A DNA stretch of 64,000 nt from Oscillospiraceae bacterium (GCA_017469115.1 JAFUGY010000099.1:12079-76078), one strand, 5' to 3'. Shown: positions 36,983 to 46,574, counted from the first letter of the stretch. The notes: a model not told the origin generated them from the sequence alone. Numbers and translations: made by a program.

Positions 36983-38140
36983 ATGACAGCACAGAAGCGA
37001 AATAACAGGAACTGCAGAGCGATAAAGCTGTTTACAGGCATCCTGATGCTTGCTCTTTTTGCAGGCATTCTGACGGCATGCGGCGTGAAAAAGATGCAGG
37101 TTTCTTCCATTACCTCTGGTGAAGTTCAGCTGAGAGGCGGTAAAATACAGGAAGTCTCTTTATCTGCTGAAGAAACCCGTGCCATGTCAAACTACATGTT
37201 GGCAGGCCGGTTCGTTCACAGCGGAAAAACCCTATATGGGTCCCGGCATGACGAGGCAGGCGACCCTTATCTCGCCCGCATGAAGTTTACCGCCGGGGAA
37301 AAGGGCATGTACGTCCGTGAAACGGAGACGATCGAGCAAAAAGTCGATGCCCAATACCTGATCCTCCGGGATTCTACGCTCTATTATCTGCGAAGGGAAC
37401 TCTCATCCGAGAACACTTCCATTGTCCGTGTTGCAGCACCTGCTGGATCGGAAGCAAAACCGGAAGTTCTTTACGCTGGCCCCTGTGATTTCCTCTTCGG
37501 GAAAGGGGACAGGCTTTATTTTACCGATGCCTCAAACCACCTCCTTTCCATGGCGCTTGACGGTAGTGATGTGCAGCCGGTTGTTTCCGACAAGGCTATC
37601 TATTATCCTTATCTCCTGACCGGGGATCTCCTCCTCTACCAGGATGATGCAGACGGCGAGAGCCTCCATATGCGGTATCTTCCGACGGGGTTTGACATGA
37701 GGATTGCACAAGGCCGCGTCTGCTGCTATGTTGTGAGAGGCAGTGAAGTCTGGTTTGTTCGTGCGGATGAACAGGGCAGTGAAAAATGCAGGCTCTGTCG
37801 GGCAGACCTTAATGAATTTTTGCACTCGTTTGATCCAACCGCACGGCCTGACGCCTCCTTTGTGTTTTCCATAGAAGAGTCAGGCAATTATATGGGGCCG
37901 TTGTTTTCCATCAATGCCGATCATATCAATGCCTCCAATTATCAGGTCGCAAATCTTTCAGATTGGCAATCCCTTTCCGATAATGCCTGGCAGGTTGGCT
38001 ATCGGGCGGCATGCCAGTATGTGGCGGAAGATTTTGAACTGTTCTATGATTACAATGAGGAAGGCCTCATCACCGATATGCTCTTTTACGAGCCGAACCT
38101 GAAACGAAAAGGGTTTATTGAGATCTATAAATATTCCTGA
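36983..38140 (+). CDS. lipoprotein with beta-propeller-like repeats (DUF5050-like)
   Basis: Basic N-region followed by lipobox 'GILTAC'. Recurrent 'LYY/LYF..D....L..(M)..DGS' segments are present, for example 'LYFTDASNHLLSMALDGSDVQPV'. Confidence 0.5.
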   Translation: MTAQKRNNRNCRAIKLFTGILMLALFAGILTACGVKKMQVSSITSGEVQLRGGKIQEVSLSAEETRAMSNYMLAGRFVHSGKTLYGSRHDEAGDPYLARMKFTAGEKGMYVRETETIEQKVDAQYLILRDSTLYYLRRELSSENTSIVRVAAPAGSEAKPEVLYAGPCDFLFGKGDRLYFTDASNHLLSMALDGSDVQPVVSDKAIYYPYLLTGDLLLYQDDADGESLHMRYLPTGFDMRIAQGRVCCYVVRGSEVWFVRADEQGSEKCRLCRADLNEFLHSFDPTARPDASFVFSIEESGNYMGPLFSINADHINASNYQVANLSDWQSLSDNAWQVGYRAACQYVAEDFELFYDYNEEGLITDMLFYEPNLKRKGFIEIYKYS

Positions 38141-38163
38141 ATCTGTAGGTTCTCCCATTGCTG

Positions 38164-38207
38164 ACAGCACCGAATTTCGTATCGCTATCATACGAAATCG
38201 GTGCTGT
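38164..38207 (+). terminator. intrinsic terminator
   Basis: ~18-bp stem acagcaccgaatttcgtat / atacgaaatcggtgctgt with a 7-nt loop, followed by ttcc. Confidence 0.65.
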
Positions 38208-38313
38208 TTCCATGAAAAAAGATTTACACTGAAGCCAACTTGTAGTATATTATTAGAGTTGTTTTTCCCGAATGTTGAAGTTTGCCAAATTCAATGGTAA
38301 AGGAGAAAATACT

Positions 38314-39513
38314 ATGAGTCGTTTGGTTGGAACCATATCACGTGGAATCCGTGCCCCCATTATCCGCGAGGGAGATGACATCGCACAGCTGGTCACCGAT
38401 GCCGTTCTCACAGCTTCTCAGGATGAGGAATGGGGCTTCCGTGTTCGTAACAGAGATATCATCGCCATGACGGAGGCTATTGTTGCCCGCGCCCAGGGCA
38501 ACTATGCCACTGTTGACGATATAGCCGATGATGTGAAAGCAAAGTTCGGCGGAGAGACGGTCGGCGTCATCTTCCCCATTCTCAGCCGTAACCGTTTTGC
38601 CATCTGCCTGCGGGGCATTGCCTCCGGCGCAAAGAAGATTGTTCTGATGCTCTCCTATCCCGCAGATGAAGTGGGCAACCACCTTGTCTCCCTTGACGAT
38701 GTCGAAAAAGCCGGAGTTGACCCGTATACCGACGTCCTCTCTCTCGAGAAGTACCGTGAGCTCTTCGGCTATAAAAAGCATCGCTTCACCGGTGTGGACT
38801 ATGTGGAGTATTATGAACAGCTCATCCGTGAGTCCGGCGCTGAGTGTGAAATCGTCTTTGCCAATAACCCGACAGCGATTCTGAGCTATACCGATCGCGT
38901 CCTCTGCTGCGATATTCATACCTGCCCCCGCACCAAGCGCATCCTGAAGGAAGCCGGCGCAGCTGTCGTCCTCGGTCTGGATGAAATCCTGAATGCTCCT
39001 GTCAATGGCTCCGGCTATAATGAAGATTACGGTCTCCTCGGCACCAACAAAGCCACCGAGTCAACGGTCAAGCTCTTCCCGCGTGACAGCCAGTATCTGG
39101 TCGAAGCCATCCAGAAAAATATTTTCGAAGCAACCGGCAAGCATGTTGAAGTCCTTGTCTATGGCGACGGCACCTTCAAAGACCCCGTCGGCGAGATCTG
39201 GGAATTTGCCGATCCCGTCGTTGCTCCGTTTTATACTGCCGGCCTCGAGGGCACTCCCAACGAGCTGAAAATCAAGTATCTCGCAGACAACGACTTCTCC
39301 GATCTCAACGGCGAAGAGCTCCGCAACGCCATCAAGGGCGAAATTGAAAAGAAGGACGCCAACCTCGTCGGCAAAATGGCCTCCGAGGGCACAACCCCCC
39401 GCCGCCTGACCGATCTCATCGGTTCCCTGTGCGACCTGACCTCCGGCTCCGGCGACAAGGGCACCCCGATCGTCTACATTCAGGGTTACTTTGATAACTA
39501 TACCACTGAATAA
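38314..39513 (+). CDS. CofE-like (F420-0:gamma-glutamyl ligase fold) protein with large insertion
   Basis: The start at MSRLVG has AAGGAG 8 nt upstream. 'PIIREGDDIAQLV', 'RDIIAMTEAIVARAQGNY' and 'SGSGDKGTPIVYIQG' parallel the CofE motifs (PLIKEGDDL.., ..VISKAEGR, ..GEGGDGIPAVVVRG). Confidence 0.55.
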   Translation: MSRLVGTISRGIRAPIIREGDDIAQLVTDAVLTASQDEEWGFRVRNRDIIAMTEAIVARAQGNYATVDDIADDVKAKFGGETVGVIFPILSRNRFAICLRGIASGAKKIVLMLSYPADEVGNHLVSLDDVEKAGVDPYTDVLSLEKYRELFGYKKHRFTGVDYVEYYEQLIRESGAECEIVFANNPTAILSYTDRVLCCDIHTCPRTKRILKEAGAAVVLGLDEILNAPVNGSGYNEDYGLLGTNKATESTVKLFPRDSQYLVEAIQKNIFEATGKHVEVLVYGDGTFKDPVGEIWEFADPVVAPFYTAGLEGTPNELKIKYLADNDFSDLNGEELRNAIKGEIEKKDANLVGKMASEGTTPRRLTDLIGSLCDLTSGSGDKGTPIVYIQGYFDNYTTE

Positions 39514-39532
39514 TCCTTTCCGACATCTAAAT

Positions 39533-39572
39533 ACAAACCCGGGCTGCAGCTTTTTCTGCAGCCCGGGTTTGT
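39533..39572. terminator. bidirectional intrinsic terminator
   Basis: 17-bp perfect stem acaaacccgggctgcag / ctgcagcccgggtttgt with a 6-nt loop, between convergent genes. Confidence 0.8.
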
Positions 39573-39588
39573 CCTGCCTGTGTGTACA

Positions 39589-41151
39589 CTAATTATCGGC
39601 AAAACGCGGCACAACCACCGAGAACTTCCCGTGAGGCTCAATGTCATAAAGCTCGGGAGGAAAGCGGCTCAAATCATCCGTTGCAGCCACGTAAACGGCG
39701 TCCTCTTCCGGGTTCGGGTCAAAAGGAATCTGAAACGTAAACTGTTGATGAAACTCTGGATTCTGATACTCTTTTGAATCGATATCCATATAAAACAGCG
39801 TCAAAATCTCGCTCACGTGCCCATACCCTTTGTATTGCGCATCGGCGGAGATGTATACTTTCTGAACCTCCGCGCCTTTGATCGCCGTAACCGCCTCTCC
39901 AAAGTCCTGCATAAAGTCATCCGCAGCCTGCGCAGCATAAGTGGTGAAGTAGGTATTGACAAAAAGACAAAATGCCGCACAATAGGCGAGAGGGAGTGCC
40001 AAACGCACAATCTTCCAGCCCTTCTTTTCCCCGAGAAAGCGCATCGTCCCCCAAATCCCGATGGCCGTGAAGAGGATCATCGGGTAGAAAATGATGTTGA
40101 TCCGGTTGATGTTCACATTGGCAGTGATCAGCCCTGCCGCCACCCCCGTCAAAAACCAGAGGACGGTCAGTGCTGCGCCGATATTTTTCCGATAGCGCCG
40201 AAAAGCCAGCATTATCCCGATGAGCATAAACGGAGTAGAGAAAACGTAAAGCGTGCCGAACCCGCGGATCTCATTCCACCTCGGCCCGCTGTATACCTGG
40301 AACAGAATCTTCAGGAGTGCGACCGCGTTCTGCTGCAGCTGGGAAAACGGTTGTGCGGAGAAAAACAGAATGTCATTTGAGCGCATCGAATACGGGAAGT
40401 AAGGGATCGTGAAAAGCGGCGTCTCAATGGTCGGCAGCTGTAATGCATTGATGATCATGCAGGCGAGAAACGGCCAGGCAATCAGCAGGTAGATTCCCAC
40501 ACAACCGAGTACCTGCCAGATAGTCACCTTTCTGCGCCGCAGCAATAAGATGCTCGCAGCCAGCAAAAAAAGCGGCACGGTGTAGATGGAAATCCCGTAG
40601 CAGTACATGCTCAGGCTGAAAAACACCATGGAGCCATACAGCCAGCCTTTTTCCCGTTCTACCCCGCACTGCAGTGCAAATACGCCTGCCAGTACAAAGT
40701 GCGGAAAGAGGTTGCAGTCCAGCGCCCAGCGGCTTTGCATGATGTGCCATGGGTTAATGACTGCCAGCAGAAGCACGACAAGTGCTGTGTTCTTTCCCGC
40801 AAAGTTACGGGCAAAGCAGTACAGCACCCCCAGCGAGGTAAGGCTCACCAGCAGCATCGGCAGCCTTGCCGAGAAAACCGAAAGGCCGAACAACTTGATC
40901 GGCACGATCATCAGATAACTCAGCAGTGCGCTCATCTGCCCGAAACCCCAGGCCGTCAGATGCACCGGCCAGCGCATGCCAAAACGGTCCGTTCCGTAAT
41001 CAGCAAGGGCTTTCGCATCCACCGCAGCCATGGCACCGTCCTGGTTCATTCCGCCCGGTATTAACCCAAATTGGTAGACTCGGACGAAGACGGCAATCAC
41101 AATAGCCTCAACCAGCAGCATGATATAAAACTTTTTGTTGACCTTTTTCAT
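39589..41151 (-). CDS. glycosyltransferase family 39 (ArnT/PMT-like) membrane protein
   Basis: 520 aa with about 12 TM helices. The N-terminal 'FGLIPGGMNQDGAMAAVDAKALADYGTDRFGMRWPVHL' is typical of clostridial GT39-like proteins. Confidence 0.7.
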   Translation of the reverse strand: MKKVNKKFYIMLLVEAIVIAVFVRVYQFGLIPGGMNQDGAMAAVDAKALADYGTDRFGMRWPVHLTAWGFGQMSALLSYLMIVPIKLFGLSVFSARLPMLLVSLTSLGVLYCFARNFAGKNTALVVLLLAVINPWHIMQSRWALDCNLFPHFVLAGVFALQCGVEREKGWLYGSMVFFSLSMYCYGISIYTVPLFLLAASILLLRRRKVTIWQVLGCVGIYLLIAWPFLACMIINALQLPTIETPLFTIPYFPYSMRSNDILFFSAQPFSQLQQNAVALLKILFQVYSGPRWNEIRGFGTLYVFSTPFMLIGIMLAFRRYRKNIGAALTVLWFLTGVAAGLITANVNINRINIIFYPMILFTAIGIWGTMRFLGEKKGWKIVRLALPLAYCAAFCLFVNTYFTTYAAQAADDFMQDFGEAVTAIKGAEVQKVYISADAQYKGYGHVSEILTLFYMDIDSKEYQNPEFHQQFTFQIPFDPNPEEDAVYVAATDDLSRFPPELYDIEPHGKFSVVVPRFADN

Positions 41152-41207
41152 GCTCTTATTATACTATGGAACCGTTCATTCAGCAAGAGAAGGAAGGATG
41201 AAAAACC

Positions 41208-42092
41208 ATGTTTGATGTAGTATGCGTCGGGCAGGCAGTGCTGGACTGTATCACCCGAGGGAAGGAAACCGCTCCTTACAAGCCGAATGTCTACCGCGCG
41301 GAGACCATCCGCCTCCATACGGGCGGCGATGCGGTGAATGAGTCCTGGGCCCTGGCTGCCATGGGGTTTCAGGTCGCCGTTGTTTGCGGCGTTGGCAGAG
41401 ATCTTGCAGGGGACATTCTCCTTTCGGAACTTACGAAAGCCGGAGTCAATACCGATCGCGTCAGAAGAATGGAGATGGATACGCCCATTGCCAATCTCCA
41501 GGTGGCACGGGACGGGAGCAGAATTTCCGTCAATTCCGAGGCGACGAGGCTCCCCGGCTACAGCATCGCTCCACAGGAACTCCCGGAAGCCAAAATCATT
41601 TCCTTTGCCAGCATTTTCCGCCCGCCCCTGGAAGATCCTGTCTGCATCAAGGCGCTGCTCCAGACGGCAAAGCAGAAAGGCAGCATCGTTAGTGTAGATA
41701 CCAAGCTTCCGTTGTCAGGAGCTCTCCGGCTGGATGATCTGGCAGAGATTTTACCTCTGATTGATTACATCTTCCCCAATGAAAAGGAAGCCGCTTACTA
41801 TACCGGCAGAGAAACAATCCCCGAGATGGCTCACGCTCTGAGAGATGCCGGCATCCGGAATGTGATTATCAAAACCGGGCCGGATGGATGCTATTGCTGC
41901 AATGCCGAAGAAGAATTTGCCCTGCCTGCTCTGCCGGTGCCGCAAGTGGTAGACACCACCGGCGCGGGTGACCATTTTGTGGCGGGTTTCCTTTCCGGAA
42001 TCCTGCAGCAAGCCTCCTTCCGCGATTGTGCAACCCTTGGCCTGCAGCAGGCAGCCCGGGCAATCATGCACACCGGTGGCGGAAACTCATAA
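41208..42092 (+). CDS. PfkB-family carbohydrate kinase
   Basis: 294 aa with 'HTGGDAVNES' and PfkB signature 2 'DTTGAGDHFVAGF'. Confidence 0.85.
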   Translation: MFDVVCVGQAVLDCITRGKETAPYKPNVYRAETIRLHTGGDAVNESWALAAMGFQVAVVCGVGRDLAGDILLSELTKAGVNTDRVRRMEMDTPIANLQVARDGSRISVNSEATRLPGYSIAPQELPEAKIISFASIFRPPLEDPVCIKALLQTAKQKGSIVSVDTKLPLSGALRLDDLAEILPLIDYIFPNEKEAAYYTGRETIPEMAHALRDAGIRNVIIKTGPDGCYCCNAEEEFALPALPVPQVVDTTGAGDHFVAGFLSGILQQASFRDCATLGLQQAARAIMHTGGGNS

Positions 42093-42096
42093 TAAA

Positions 42097-42125
42097 AACG
42101 ACATGGAAAACCATGCCGTTTTTTT
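42097..42125. terminator. intrinsic terminator (bidirectional)
   Basis: Stem aacgacatgg / ccatgccgtt (9 of 10 positions paired) with loop aaaa, followed by a T-run. Confidence 0.6.
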
Positions 42126-42154
42126 AAGGAACGTTTTATGAGTGAAAAGTGTGA

Positions 42155-45100
42155 TTATCCTGCCGGGCTCCACACGGCGTAGAGGGTGACTGTCTCGTTG
42201 TTGGAGGAGGCAAGATCTGTTACTCTTGCCCTATTGAGATAGGTGGGGGTGCCGGCATTCGGATCGGTGCTCCAGCCGAGGAAGACGTAGCCGGGCAGGC
42301 GGAAGCTGTTGCTTGTGAGCGCATAGGTTCTGCCGAAGAGACGATTGGTGAGATCTCTCATGGTGCCGGTCACCTTGCCACGGCCCTGGGCATTGCTGTC
42401 AAAAGCAATGTTGTATTTCAGCTGCGTCCATTTTGCATAAACCGTGACGGCTCCGCTGCCGGACTTATTTTCGTTGATGGTGATAACCGGAGTGCGGAAG
42501 GAGGAATCGCTGTACCATCCGGAGAACAGATAACCGGCACGGCTGGGAGCCTGAAGCACAACGCTCTGCTTTGTAGTATAAGCAGCGGGATTCGGGTTGC
42601 TGTCGGAGGAGAGAATATTGCGATAGGTAATGCGATAGGTTACCTCAGCCCATTGTGCATAAAGGGTTACGATTGCGCCGTTTTCTGTGGCGAGGGAAGT
42701 GACGCGCGCCCTGTTCGCATAACTGTTGCCGGAACCGTCAGGAGCTGTATTCCATCCGGTAAAGGTGTAGCCGGCACGTTTGAAAACGTTGTTTTTCAGC
42801 GAATAGCTGCGCGAGGCAATGCAGCCGGAGAGAGGATCCATTGTACCGGTGCCGCCGTTGGCTTCAAATACGATGGTGTAGGAATAGGGCAGCCACTGGG
42901 CATAGAAGGTGAGATTACCGGTAGTTCCCTGCGGGATTGAAGTGACAGGATTGGTGTAGCGGGAATCTGAATACCATCCGCCGAAGATGTATCCCGACCG
43001 GCTGAGCCCTGAGAGCGTAATTGCGGCATCTTTCGCCGTATAGACGGTCGGATTTGGATTGTTGTCAGATGCGGTAACATTCCGGTAGGTAATGTTATAC
43101 GAAAGGGGAGCCCATTGCGCATAGAGTGTGATAACAGATCCGTCACCGGAAGCAAAATTCGCCTGGCGTGCACGGTTGGTATAGGCAGTTCCGCTGCCAT
43201 CCGGAGCTGTATTCCACCCGGTAAAGGTGTAGCCTGTTCTGCGGTAGGCATTGGATGTGAGCGTAACGGTGTTGCCGTACAGCCGGTTTTCCAGCGCACG
43301 CATGGTGCCGGAAGTTGCTCCGTTGCCGTCAAATTGAATGGTGTAGCTGTGCGCAGCCCAGACGGCGTAAAGTGTGACAGTCTGCCCGTTCCCGGTAGTC
43401 AGATTGGAGACAGACGCTCCGTTATCGTATACAACTTTACCACGGGCAGCAGTTGCCCAGCCGTCGAAGGTATAGCCTTCTCTTGTGAAAGTGCAGGCGG
43501 GCAGTGTGTAGGCGGTGCCATAGGTGTACCGGAGAGAGGCCATCTCGCCGCTGCCACCATTGGGATTGAAAGCGAGGAAATAGCCATTCGTCATCCATAC
43601 TGCAAATAAGGTGACGGTTCCGCCGGCTTCCGCCGTCAGATTGCTGACTGACTGCCTGTCGGTGTATTCATATGTGGTAGCTGAAGGATTGACTGACCAG
43701 CCTGCAAAGGCAGCGCCGTCTTTCCGGAAGGAGTTTGCCGTGAGAGCGACCTGCCGGTCATAGGTCATCGTCTGCGAGCGATGGCTGCCGGCACCGCCAT
43801 TCGGATCGTAGATGACAGTATAGGTGTTGGCCTTCCATTTGGCATATAGCGTGAGATTACCTGTCGTTCCGGAAGAAAGGACGGATACCGGTGTTCCGGA
43901 CAGAGAGGAGGTTTGATACCAGCCTTCAAAGGTATAGCCTGTGCGGGATGGTGCAAGTAGCGTCAGTTCTTCTTCTCCCGTATAGGAAGCCGGATTTTCC
44001 TTCGCGTTGGTGCCGCCGTTGCATTCATACAGAATCTGATATTCAGACGGTTCAGGTTCTTCCTCCGGATCAGTGGTAGTGCTCTCCGAATAATCCGTAT
44101 CCGGAACCGGGTAGGAAGAAGCAAAGGAAGCGCTGTTGAACTTATCTCCCTTATAGGAGAGGCCGCTTTGCTTGTGGTTTTGCAGCCACCAGGTGTTTCC
44201 GCGCAGGAAGTAAAGATAATTGGATCGTCCTGCATCCCAGGTTGCATCAAGATGATAATATTTGCTTCCGACCCGCGCAATATTCCAGGCATGCTGCATG
44301 GCTTTGCTGTCGATAACGCGGGCGTTTACACCCGCTTCCAGACAAAGCCGATAAAACGCTACCGAATAACCCTGGCATACTGCCGTCTTCTGTACGAGGG
44401 CAGCATACCCTGTATACTTCAGCGTATAAGCGGCATCACTGGCATGCGCATCGTCGTATGTTACGTTGGCGCAGAGATAATCATAAATCGCTTTGATCTT
44501 CTGGTAGTCCGTTTTTCCAGAAAGGTTGAGTTGGGAGAGAACAGAGTTCACTTTACTCGTCATTTCACTTTCCTGGGCTGCGGTAGTATAGTAGAGCGGC
44601 GCGTAGTTGAAAAGATAAGAATACTGGTTGGATCCATCCAGCTTGACCGGGCCGGCACCTGTAGCGTTGTAACCCCCGAATTCATAAAGCAGATAATCAC
44701 CTTCGGTAGGAGCACCGGTATGGGAAACTGCATTTGCATAGATGTTGGAGCACAGCGTGTTCCAGTTCAATTGTTCGGAGGATTGATAGAAAATACGGAT
44801 TTCGGAATTCCGAGCGATCATGGCGTTTTTCAGTGCACTTCCGGCAGAAGAGGTATCCTGGTAAAACGTGTCAGCAGAAGAGAATAAAGCGCTTGGAGCG
44901 GCCTGAAAAGTAACGGAGTAACTTGCCTGATTACCGGTGTTGGCTTCTACATAGTCCGCAATGGTATCTCCGATTTGCTGTAGCAGATCGGCACACTCGT
45001 CCGGTGTAGTGGATGCGCCGGGTATATCCGATGTGTCCAACACCGCTTCATAGATGGGGTTGACCATTGTCACAGAGTGGACTTCCATGTCAATAATCTG

Positions 45101-45835
45101 ATCCATAACAGATGGTGCAGGCGTCAGAACGAGGTCAACCTTCCGTTCCGGTTTGTCCCATTCCACCAGGAAAGGGGTATACTCAATTGCTTCAAATTTA
45201 CCGCTTTCATCCCGGAAAGAATAGGCATAGATGCCCGGCGCAAGGTAATAGGTGCCGTAGACAGGCTGCAAGGTTGAAGGGTCCGTATAAGGGCTTACCG
45301 GCTGCCAGTTCGAGTCATAGATCTGAAGCCCGGAAAGGTCTTCCGATTGCTCACAGGAGAAGAGAACCTTTACAACAGCGTATACGGTCATGCCGTCTGA
45401 CTCTGCCAGAATCTCAGCCGTAGGGAGAGGGGCAGGGGTAGACGAAGGTTCGGGAGTTCCCTCCTTGATTGACTTAGCAGTGGGCTCGGCAGCCTGGACA
45501 ACAGGTTCCTGAGCCGGGATAACAGTCGGGTTCGGGCTTGGTGCCGCAGTTGGTTCCGGGCTAGGGGCTGTGGTTGGTTCCGGGCTTTGGGCGGTAGTTA
45601 CCTCGGGAGCTGATTCGACAGTCGGTTCCGAATTCGGAGTGGCAGTCGGCTCCGGAGATGACTTATCCGTTGCCTCGGTAGACTGTGGAATCGTGAGCTG
45701 AATGCCGTTCGGCATCAGCGCTGCCCCGGTGTCAGAATCGGTTGTATCGCTGGTTATTGCAAAAGCAGAAGCCTGCACCATGGAAAGGCAGAGCGCCACA
45801 GTCAGAAGCAGTGAAAGTGTTTTTTTAGGAAACAT
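42155..45835 (-). CDS. large secreted surface protein: signal peptide, Pro/Thr-rich linker, transglutaminase-like cysteine protease core, >=8 Listeria-Bacteroides (Flg_new) repeats
   Basis: 1226 aa with signal peptide 'MFPKKTLSLLLTVALCLSMVQASAFA' and a 'SPEPT(A/T)AP' linker. The C/H/D core is 'CQGYSVAF...HAWN...HLDATWD'. Repeats have the form 'GY(T/I/L/V)F.GW.....G...Y.......(V/L)T(L/F/V)YA.W'. Confidence 0.8.
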   Translation of the reverse strand: MFPKKTLSLLLTVALCLSMVQASAFAITSDTTDSDTGAALMPNGIQLTIPQSTEATDKSSPEPTATPNSEPTVESAPEVTTAQSPEPTTAPSPEPTAAPSPNPTVIPAQEPVVQAAEPTAKSIKEGTPEPSSTPAPLPTAEILAESDGMTVYAVVKVLFSCEQSEDLSGLQIYDSNWQPVSPYTDPSTLQPVYGTYYLAPGIYAYSFRDESGKFEAIEYTPFLVEWDKPERKVDLVLTPAPSVMDQIIDMEVHSVTMVNPIYEAVLDTSDIPGASTTPDECADLLQQIGDTIADYVEANTGNQASYSVTFQAAPSALFSSADTFYQDTSSAGSALKNAMIARNSEIRIFYQSSEQLNWNTLCSNIYANAVSHTGAPTEGDYLLYEFGGYNATGAGPVKLDGSNQYSYLFNYAPLYYTTAAQESEMTSKVNSVLSQLNLSGKTDYQKIKAIYDYLCANVTYDDAHASDAAYTLKYTGYAALVQKTAVCQGYSVAFYRLCLEAGVNARVIDSKAMQHAWNIARVGSKYYHLDATWDAGRSNYLYFLRGNTWWLQNHKQSGLSYKGDKFNSASFASSYPVPDTDYSESTTTDPEEEPEPSEYQILYECNGGTNAKENPASYTGEEELTLLAPSRTGYTFEGWYQTSSLSGTPVSVLSSGTTGNLTLYAKWKANTYTVIYDPNGGAGSHRSQTMTYDRQVALTANSFRKDGAAFAGWSVNPSATTYEYTDRQSVSNLTAEAGGTVTLFAVWMTNGYFLAFNPNGGSGEMASLRYTYGTAYTLPACTFTREGYTFDGWATAARGKVVYDNGASVSNLTTGNGQTVTLYAVWAAHSYTIQFDGNGATSGTMRALENRLYGNTVTLTSNAYRRTGYTFTGWNTAPDGSGTAYTNRARQANFASGDGSVITLYAQWAPLSYNITYRNVTASDNNPNPTVYTAKDAAITLSGLSRSGYIFGGWYSDSRYTNPVTSIPQGTTGNLTFYAQWLPYSYTIVFEANGGTGTMDPLSGCIASRSYSLKNNVFKRAGYTFTGWNTAPDGSGNSYANRARVTSLATENGAIVTLYAQWAEVTYRITYRNILSSDSNPNPAAYTTKQSVVLQAPSRAGYLFSGWYSDSSFRTPVITINENKSGSGAVTVYAKWTQLKYNIAFDSNAQGRGKVTGTMRDLTNRLFGRTYALTSNSFRLPGYVFLGWSTDPNAGTPTYLNRARVTDLASSNNETVTLYAVWSPAG
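42158..44017 (-). repeat. tandem coding repeats (~70-80 aa Flg_new units, approximate bounds)
   Basis: At least eight units end in ...LYAKW, LFAVW, LYAVW, LYAQW, FYAQW, LYAQW, VYAKW and LYAVW. Two units share 'GYTFTGWNTAPDGSG..Y.NRAR' almost verbatim. Confidence 0.7.
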
Positions 45836-46025
45836 GAATGAACTCCTCCCGGGTATGGAATACGATTCCGACCGAGCTTTTTTACCCGGTAATCGTATGA
45901 AACGCAGAAAACTTATTCTGAAACAACGATACTATACACCAAATGTAATAAAATTGCAATTAAATTTTCTTAATTAAAAGAATTTGATTGCAAAATAAAA
46001 ACAATGACGAAACGTCCTTTCGAAT

Positions 46026-46043
46026 AATCCCCTCCGGGGGGTT
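46026..46043 (+). promoter_or_regulatory. CsoR-type operator candidate (C-tract/G-tract pseudo-palindrome)
   Basis: AATCCCCTCCGGGGGGTT lies about 30 nt upstream of an extended -10 (TGgTATTAT, 46072-46080) and 63 nt upstream of the csoR-like ATG. Confidence 0.5.
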
Positions 46044-46105
46044 CCGAAAATCCATAAAACATGGTATTATAACAAAAAGAGATAAAAATTGGGAAGGCAG
46101 AAGAT

Positions 46106-46468
46106 ATGCACGACGAGGAAATCTATTATCATGATCATGGGGATGGAGTGATCCACAGCCACACGGTGATCCATGGGGAAGAGGGATCAGCGCATGAGCA
46201 TACCCATGCCCATGTACATACGCAAACCAAGGTTGTTGTCAATCGCCTGGCAAGAGCAATCGGCCATCTGGAGCATGTGAAACGGATGGTAGAAGAGGGG
46301 CGGGATTGCACGGAAGTTTTGATTCAGCTTGCCGCGGTGCGCTCAGCCTTAAACAGCACAGCAAAAATCATTATCAAAGACCATATTGAGCACTGCATCA
46401 CAGATGCCGACAGCGGAAGCGAAGAAAGCCTGAAGGAGCTCAACGAGGCAATAGATAAGTTTATTTAA
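46106..46468 (+). CDS. csoR: CsoR/RcnR-family metal-sensing repressor with His-rich N-terminal extension
   Basis: 120 aa. The core 'RLARAIGHLEHVKRMVEEGRDCTEVLIQLAAVRSALNSTAKIIIKDHIEHC' carries the x-C-H-C ligand pattern. The N-terminal ~40 aa contain 11 His. Confidence 0.8.
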   Translation: MHDEEIYYHDHGDGVIHSHTVIHGEEGSAHEHTHAHVHTQTKVVVNRLARAIGHLEHVKRMVEEGRDCTEVLIQLAAVRSALNSTAKIIIKDHIEHCITDADSGSEESLKELNEAIDKFI

Positions 46469-46574
46469 TGTCGTTCTTTGTGTGATGTAACCTGCTCGCG
46501 AGACGACTATTTACCTCGAATTCGATCCGATATTGCAATCAAGTATGAGAAGGCTGACCAGTAAAGAATAGCAA

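Noticed and set aside
45416-45673. Short periodic DNA repeats (ccggagccgac-like units) that could look like a CRISPR or tandem repeat array.
   Set aside because: They are in-frame coding repeats of the Pro/Thr-rich 'SPEPTxAP' linker of the surface protein. There is no repeat-spacer architecture.
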